Shown one piece after another: positions 27,307-32,000 of a stretch of 32,000 nt of DNA. The DNA is from Paramicrosporidium saccamoebae KSL3 (taxonomy: Eukaryota > Fungi > Cryptomycota), in NCBI GenBank assembly GCA_002794465.1, contig MTSL01000134.1, positions 15,495 to 47,494 of the forward strand, given 5' to 3'. Under the pieces are notes generated by a model. That model did not search any database, was not told the DNA's origin, and saw only the letters and a list, made by a program, of their open reading frames with translations. Position numbers and translations under genes: made by a program. Position 1 is the first letter of the stretch; the number at the start of each line of letters is the position of its first letter.

Positions 27307-28986
27307 CTAAGAGCACTGTTTCATGGGAGTGACTGGGACAGTACAGTTTCCCCTGCCAGGCTTGGGAGTCGAGGGCATGGAACAATCATTTGCAGGCTGA
27401 CTGTATGCTAGCAGACCAGACTTGCGGAACAACTCGTCCATTGAGGCAAAGCCAGCCATGGCCGTCTCATAGCTGGTGTGGACTGTAACTTGGCCGGCCT
27501 GGTCATGCTGGGCAGGCCAGTATGACAAAAGTCCGACAGCGCGACGATGCTCATCCAGCTTCTTCTCCAGCACATGCATAATGTACTCGTCAAAGATGAG
27601 TCGCAATAGATGATATGAGCCAAAGGAACTGGCAGAGCGGAGGGTCAGGTCGCGCATAATGGTAGTGGCGAGGAAGGACCAACGCAGCATAAGAGTTCGG
27701 GCGGCCTCCTCAAGAGTCACATTGGCCACCAATTCAACAGAGATGCACTGTTCCGTCATTGTCTCCAGCCATTGTGTCCATTGGGGCAACGATGCACCCT
27801 CCAGCAGGAACGCCTTGAAGGACACTTCTATATACGCCAGAAATGTCTCCTGGCCAGGAACTACCCATTGGATTTGCTCGCGGATTGTGCAAAAGTCAAT
27901 CTGTCCAAAGTCATGCAGCATAGCGCGCAGATGGTCAGGAGAGCCCAAGATGGCCCGTACTGCCTGTGACAGATGATTGAGGGCCGTGCGACGACGCAGC
28001 ACCTGACAAAAACGGCGCGCCAGATCGAGTTTGGCATCGACAATAATCGTCGGAATGGCAGTGTCGAACACTTGCAATAGCCACGTGTCCATGCAACGGG
28101 CAAAATGACGAATAGCCTGGGCAACGGCCAGGGGCAAAGGATCCAGCACTTCAGGAACGAGGATGTGGATGGCCACCTGGAACAGATAGTCATCTGCAAT
28201 GCTGACAATACGTACGCCCTCCTCCGTGTCCAGTCCAGGCAGTAGCGCCTTGGGAAGACCGCTCCAGAACATTCCCAGGGCCATCTCCACCAAATTGAAT
28301 TCGCGAGCCGAGATCAGACGCAATAGGTGCACTATATGATTTTGATAGAGCTGTGCAAAGCTCTGCATCATGTCTAGACTCACTTCAGCGCCCAACTTTT
28401 CGGGGATTGGTTGACAGATCTGCTCTACAAACCGCGCAAACTCGTCAAAGTCGGGGATCAGCGGATGGTATGGCAATTCGAGTGGTGGAGGGGGCGGTGG
28501 TCGTGACTTGAGTTGTTCCTTTGGTGCACATGGCTTGGTAATCCCCTCAGAGCTCACTGGAATGCGCATTTTGCGTTTTGGCCCTGGAGTTGTAGTTACC
28601 ATTCCGCCCTCTCCTACTAATTGGGTTGCTGTTGTGCCGGCGGGGGCGATCCCAAAGTAATGATATTTAGAGTTGCCTCGTGTGCCCAATCGGCGTGTCT
28701 TTAGCTCGGGGAACACTGCCCGGATCACTTTTCCAAAGGTGGCCGGATTGACAGGCTCCAGATTGCGCGTTTTACAGACTGTGGTGTAATCGTTAAAGAC
28801 GGTTGACCGCGGAACACTCGTGTTGACGCTAACTTCATAATGTTGGTATAGCCAATCCACCACAAATTGGGTGCGGTCATGACGGTCGTCGGCGTCCTCC
28901 TCCGGTTTGGCGCGCAGCGGCTCCTTTCCCGGCGACATTGTAATGGTGGACAGCGGCAGATCATCGGGGGTGGCCTCGGTGCTCAT
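27307..28986 (-). CDS. RFX: RFX winged-helix transcription factor with B/C/dimerisation domains, 559 aa
   Basis: DBD WLYQHYE...VPRSTVFNDY...PVNPATFGKVIRAVFPELKTRRLGTRGNSKYHYFGI. C-terminal LRRRTALNHLSQAVRAIL and IMRDLTLRSASSFGSYHLLRLIFDEY. Confidence 0.93.
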   Translation of the reverse strand: MSTEATPDDLPLSTITMSPGKEPLRAKPEEDADDRHDRTQFVVDWLYQHYEVSVNTSVPRSTVFNDYTTVCKTRNLEPVNPATFGKVIRAVFPELKTRRLGTRGNSKYHYFGIAPAGTTATQLVGEGGMVTTTPGPKRKMRIPVSSEGITKPCAPKEQLKSRPPPPPPLELPYHPLIPDFDEFARFVEQICQPIPEKLGAEVSLDMMQSFAQLYQNHIVHLLRLISAREFNLVEMALGMFWSGLPKALLPGLDTEEGVRIVSIADDYLFQVAIHILVPEVLDPLPLAVAQAIRHFARCMDTWLLQVFDTAIPTIIVDAKLDLARRFCQVLRRRTALNHLSQAVRAILGSPDHLRAMLHDFGQIDFCTIREQIQWVVPGQETFLAYIEVSFKAFLLEGASLPQWTQWLETMTEQCISVELVANVTLEEAARTLMLRWSFLATTIMRDLTLRSASSFGSYHLLRLIFDEYIMHVLEKKLDEHRRAVGLLSYWPAQHDQAGQVTVHTSYETAMAGFASMDELFRKSGLLAYSQPANDCSMPSTPKPGRGNCTVPVTPMKQCS

Positions 28987-29476
28987 CGTGTAGCTTGACG
29001 ACGGCTTCTGTTGTCATCCACGCCCCTATGTATGTTTGGCCTTTATCTGTAAACAATTAATTCTTGCCTTTTTGGGCCTAGTCCAAGTGTGAGTTATGAG
29101 TGAATTATGAGTGGGTTATCGGTTGTTCTGTATTATAGTAATCTTGAGTGTGCTGTAATATTATTGACAGCGGCTCTTAATTCCTAGCCAGAAAATATGA
29201 TATGCTGGGTCGTATAATAGTGTTATGCCGCCATGTGCTATGATATAACATGCTCCCATTTTTTAGTAATTAAAAGGCAGATTTGGTCGCTACGGATGGA
29301 TCGTCATGTTGGAATTCACATTCCATCTGCCTACTCGACTATTTACTCTATCCCTTATCCTACGCTACCACATCACTTGCCCTACTCTACTATTATCCCA
29401 CCCCTCACACTAGACCACTTGGTCGCGGATATGACTGTTTATTTTACAGACTCTCTGTAAAGGTGTCAAGAATACT

Positions 29477-30061
29477 TTACGACTCTGGGGCCGTCTCCAC
29501 TGTCGACTGCTCCTTCTTCGCATGTCTCATCAGCCATTGTAGCGTAATGTCAATATTCACCTGATTCTTGGCTGATATCGAGTAGCATGACACTTCTTGC
29601 GTCGCCACTGTCGACAGACCCAGTCGATCCACCAGCTGCTCCGCCGTCAATGCTCCGTCCAAGTCATTTTTGTTGCCCAGCACCAGCACCGGGATCCCTG
29701 TCAGCTGCGGCTTCTCCAGTAGGTTCCGCAGCTCATTACGCGCCATGTCCATTTTCGCCGTGTCGGCCAAGTCCACCACGAACACTATCGCATTTACTCC
29801 ACGACAGTAACGCTCCCACATGCTGCGGAATCGTGGCTGGCCTCCAATATCCCATACTTTTAGTGTCACCCGTCCCTTGGTTATCTTGCGCATGTTAAAG
29901 CCCACTGTGGGGATCATGTCTTCTGTGTATTCGCCCGTCGCCAGCACATTCACGAGAGTTGTCTTTCCTGAATTTTGCAGTCCCACTAGCGTAATCTCCA
30001 TTTCCTCCCGGAAGAAGAGACTCCGTAGCCACTCAACGAATGACCATAGCCAGCTAAACAT
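29477..30061 (-). CDS. ARL8: Arf-like GTPase Arl8, 194 aa
   Basis: [77 protein letters not shown]. Confidence 0.96.
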   Translation of the reverse strand: MFSWLWSFVEWLRSLFFREEMEITLVGLQNSGKTTLVNVLATGEYTEDMIPTVGFNMRKITKGRVTLKVWDIGGQPRFRSMWERYCRGVNAIVFVVDLADTAKMDMARNELRNLLEKPQLTGIPVLVLGNKNDLDGALTAEQLVDRLGLSTVATQEVSCYSISAKNQVNIDITLQWLMRHAKKEQSTVETAPES

Positions 30062-30465
30062 CCTGTTGCCTATGAGAAAGAGTGTCGCTCTTTTGCTTGT
30101 TTGACAACGGCTGCTGAAACAGGGGACCGCCTATGCGCTTTCTCAGCAAATCCCAGCGCGATATGCGAGCCGTTCACCAATCAGATTTTGCCTCCTATTC
30201 ATTTTGCACCAATTAGCGCCATTGTATACTAACAAACCTGTGGTCCATCTTCATTCGTTCATCTGTATTCTATACAATTGTGTAGATATTATATCGATTA
30301 TGGCGTTTGGGTAGATTACAACGAGTGCTTGCTGAGTGTGGGCGACTGATGAACCAGCTATACAGAATCTTAGGGGAGATTCGGCTAATGCTGGTTGGGC
30401 AGCACCCTTTATCGATTACAGAAGCAATGGCCCGGATACATAACGGAACCTTTTTGCACCTGTCC

Positions 30466-32000
30466 TCACTGTACCACGCTGAGCGAGTAGCTCCCACTGC
30501 CGGAACATACCAAGAGTCCCTCTCGCACTTTTCCATTGAGGAAGGCTGCTAGCGAGTCGGATGTGCATCGGTAGTCTGATGCAAACATGCCCAGCATTGC
30601 GTGGATGCGATCCAGCTTTAATTCACCGATATTAGTCATCATCGCAGTAATGTAGCTCCAGTATTTTTCCATCTCGTCGTCCTGTTTGGGAAGAGCCGGC
30701 ACCCGATCCTCCGCGCTGTACCCGATCGCAATGAGTGCATCACAGTAGTCTAAAAATCAAAGGAAATCATCCTGGTTCCATACCAGGTAAAGACGCATCA
30801 AACGTCTCACATAGGCTGATTGTGCCATCGGTCATATGTACAACCCTTTTTCTGATCCAAAACTCGACAGATGAACGGCCCATCTCGGCAGAGAATTGGT
30901 TTTCAAGTTTGTCAAAGAGTCTCTGTACCTCCCAAGGCCCATCGCTAATCAGCATAAGCACACAGGCCTGTGCATCAGAGCAGGTGAATGAGACGGATCC
31001 AGTTTCAAATTCAATCTCTAATGAAACGCGGGAAAGATCAGGCTTCCACCTCAGCTCCCTGGATTGATGCGTCTTGCTGTAATTGGTGGCAATGCTTTTT
31101 AAAAGATTTTCGTCCAGGTAGGCACTAGTAGCACCGGCTGGCTCAGAAAGTGGCCAGTATAGATGCGACAAGATGAGCACATTGGTCCCAAGTTTTGATT
31201 GCTTCATGCTAGTTTCATAATCTCGGAGCATGACCTCACAGGGCGCCCAATTCCCAGACGGCAACTTCGCCTTGCAAATCTCCAGCTCGGACGTCTATCG
31301 GTTAGCTTAGCCTCGTAAGATATATACCAGTATCAGCATGTTGGCTTTTCCCGATAGGAGATGCTCCGCCAAATGGCTCTGATATTCGCCCACCAGTTCT
31401 GTGGGGCCATCAAAAACATTGCACAGAACATCAAAGACTGTTCCAAGCTTAGAGCTGATTCGCACTGGCTCTAATCTTTTAATATGGACAGCGATGGTTA
31501 CGATCATATGCATCAGGTGGATCTGGTACCCAATTTGTCGGCAACTCTTCAAATACTGCACCCTCAGTGCCGTCAAATGCAATCTTGTTCAGATTCATCA
31601 GCGTGTCTTGATAATCTGGGTCGCTGTATAGGTCGAGAAGGACCTGCAAAACGGCACGAGATCCGTCCGTTCGCTTCCTGAAATTTAGTACAAAATAAAT
31701 GTCGCTACTTGAGATATGCTTTAACCTTTAAAGCAACGTGGTCGAGGATAAACCCAGTGGGATCCAGTCGCTTCAATGGCGCAACAGAGAGCGCCAACTG
31801 TCCAGCAATGTCCCCTGCCTCCACTCCGGCATGCAACAGACGAGAATCAAATCTATTGCAATTAGTTGTCAGCAGGTGTGTACGACGTTAGCACGGCCAC
31901 TAGCGTAATATCAAGATGGCTACCACATTGCCGATGTAGTTGTAGTATTTCAAGTTCGCTATTGGGATAATCAATAATGTAATCAAATATCCTTCCCGCA
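30466..32000 (-). CDS. APC2: Anaphase-promoting complex subunit 2 (cullin-like), 5' end outside the window
   Basis: Introns at 31853-31883, 31678-31708, 31471-31501, 31295-31327, 30750-30783. Motifs SRLLHAGV, LKRLDPTG, NWVPDPPDA, EYQSHLAEHLL, CEVMLRD, ILSHLYWP, WHB domain YWSYITAMMTN..L.LDRIHAMLGMF. Confidence 0.9.

Noticed and set aside
31028-31035. Second E2F-like GCGGGAAA
   Set aside because: It lies inside the APC2 coding sequence; an 8-mer is expected by chance at about this frequency.
1-32000. Transposase, reverse transcriptase, integrase or viral genes; non-standard genetic code
   Set aside because: No ORF shows such motifs. All conserved genes translate cleanly with the standard code once the short introns are removed.

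Overview
Very gene-dense eukaryotic genomic DNA, not prokaryotic. The standard code fits, spliceosomal introns are tiny (29-39 nt), and many intergenic gaps are only 16-150 nt. Gene content (BRCA2 with several BRC repeats, INTS4, full-length RFX, CHMP2B-like, U2AF65, COX19, YABBY-type mini protein) suggests a compact-genome, early-diverging fungal relative. A Rozellomycota / Paramicrosporidium-like parasite is my inference, not a database result. I reconstructed 22 protein-coding genes by hand-splicing the ORF track, plus one tRNA-Ser(AGA). Left to right: SQT1/AAMP, BRCA2, MUS81 (all minus); U2AF65; three intronless orphan genes with signal peptides (one ankyrin-like, two Ser/Arg block proteins); INTS4; COX19; YTM1; STT3; TMEM14; SDS3-like; a fimbrin-ABD/coiled-coil/PH protein; tRNA-Ser; RPF1; RPF2; CHMP2B-like; a 68-aa YABBY/HMG-like protein; NOG1; RFX; ARL8; and a 5'-truncated APC2. 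The most notable unexplained features are: (1) a 101-bp non-coding element in two 96%-identical inverted copies (7766-7866 and 14905-15005) bracketing the secreted-protein island; (2) a perfect RFX X-box upstream of the secreted ankyrin gene, with an RFX gene in the same window; (3) a fimbrin-ABD/PH fusion; (4) a BRCA2 that seems to lack the tower domain; (5) a 4 x ~102-bp tandem array with an open 34-aa-repeat frame between RPF1 and RPF2. All family calls come from motif recall and exon boundaries from manual inspection; no searches were run.
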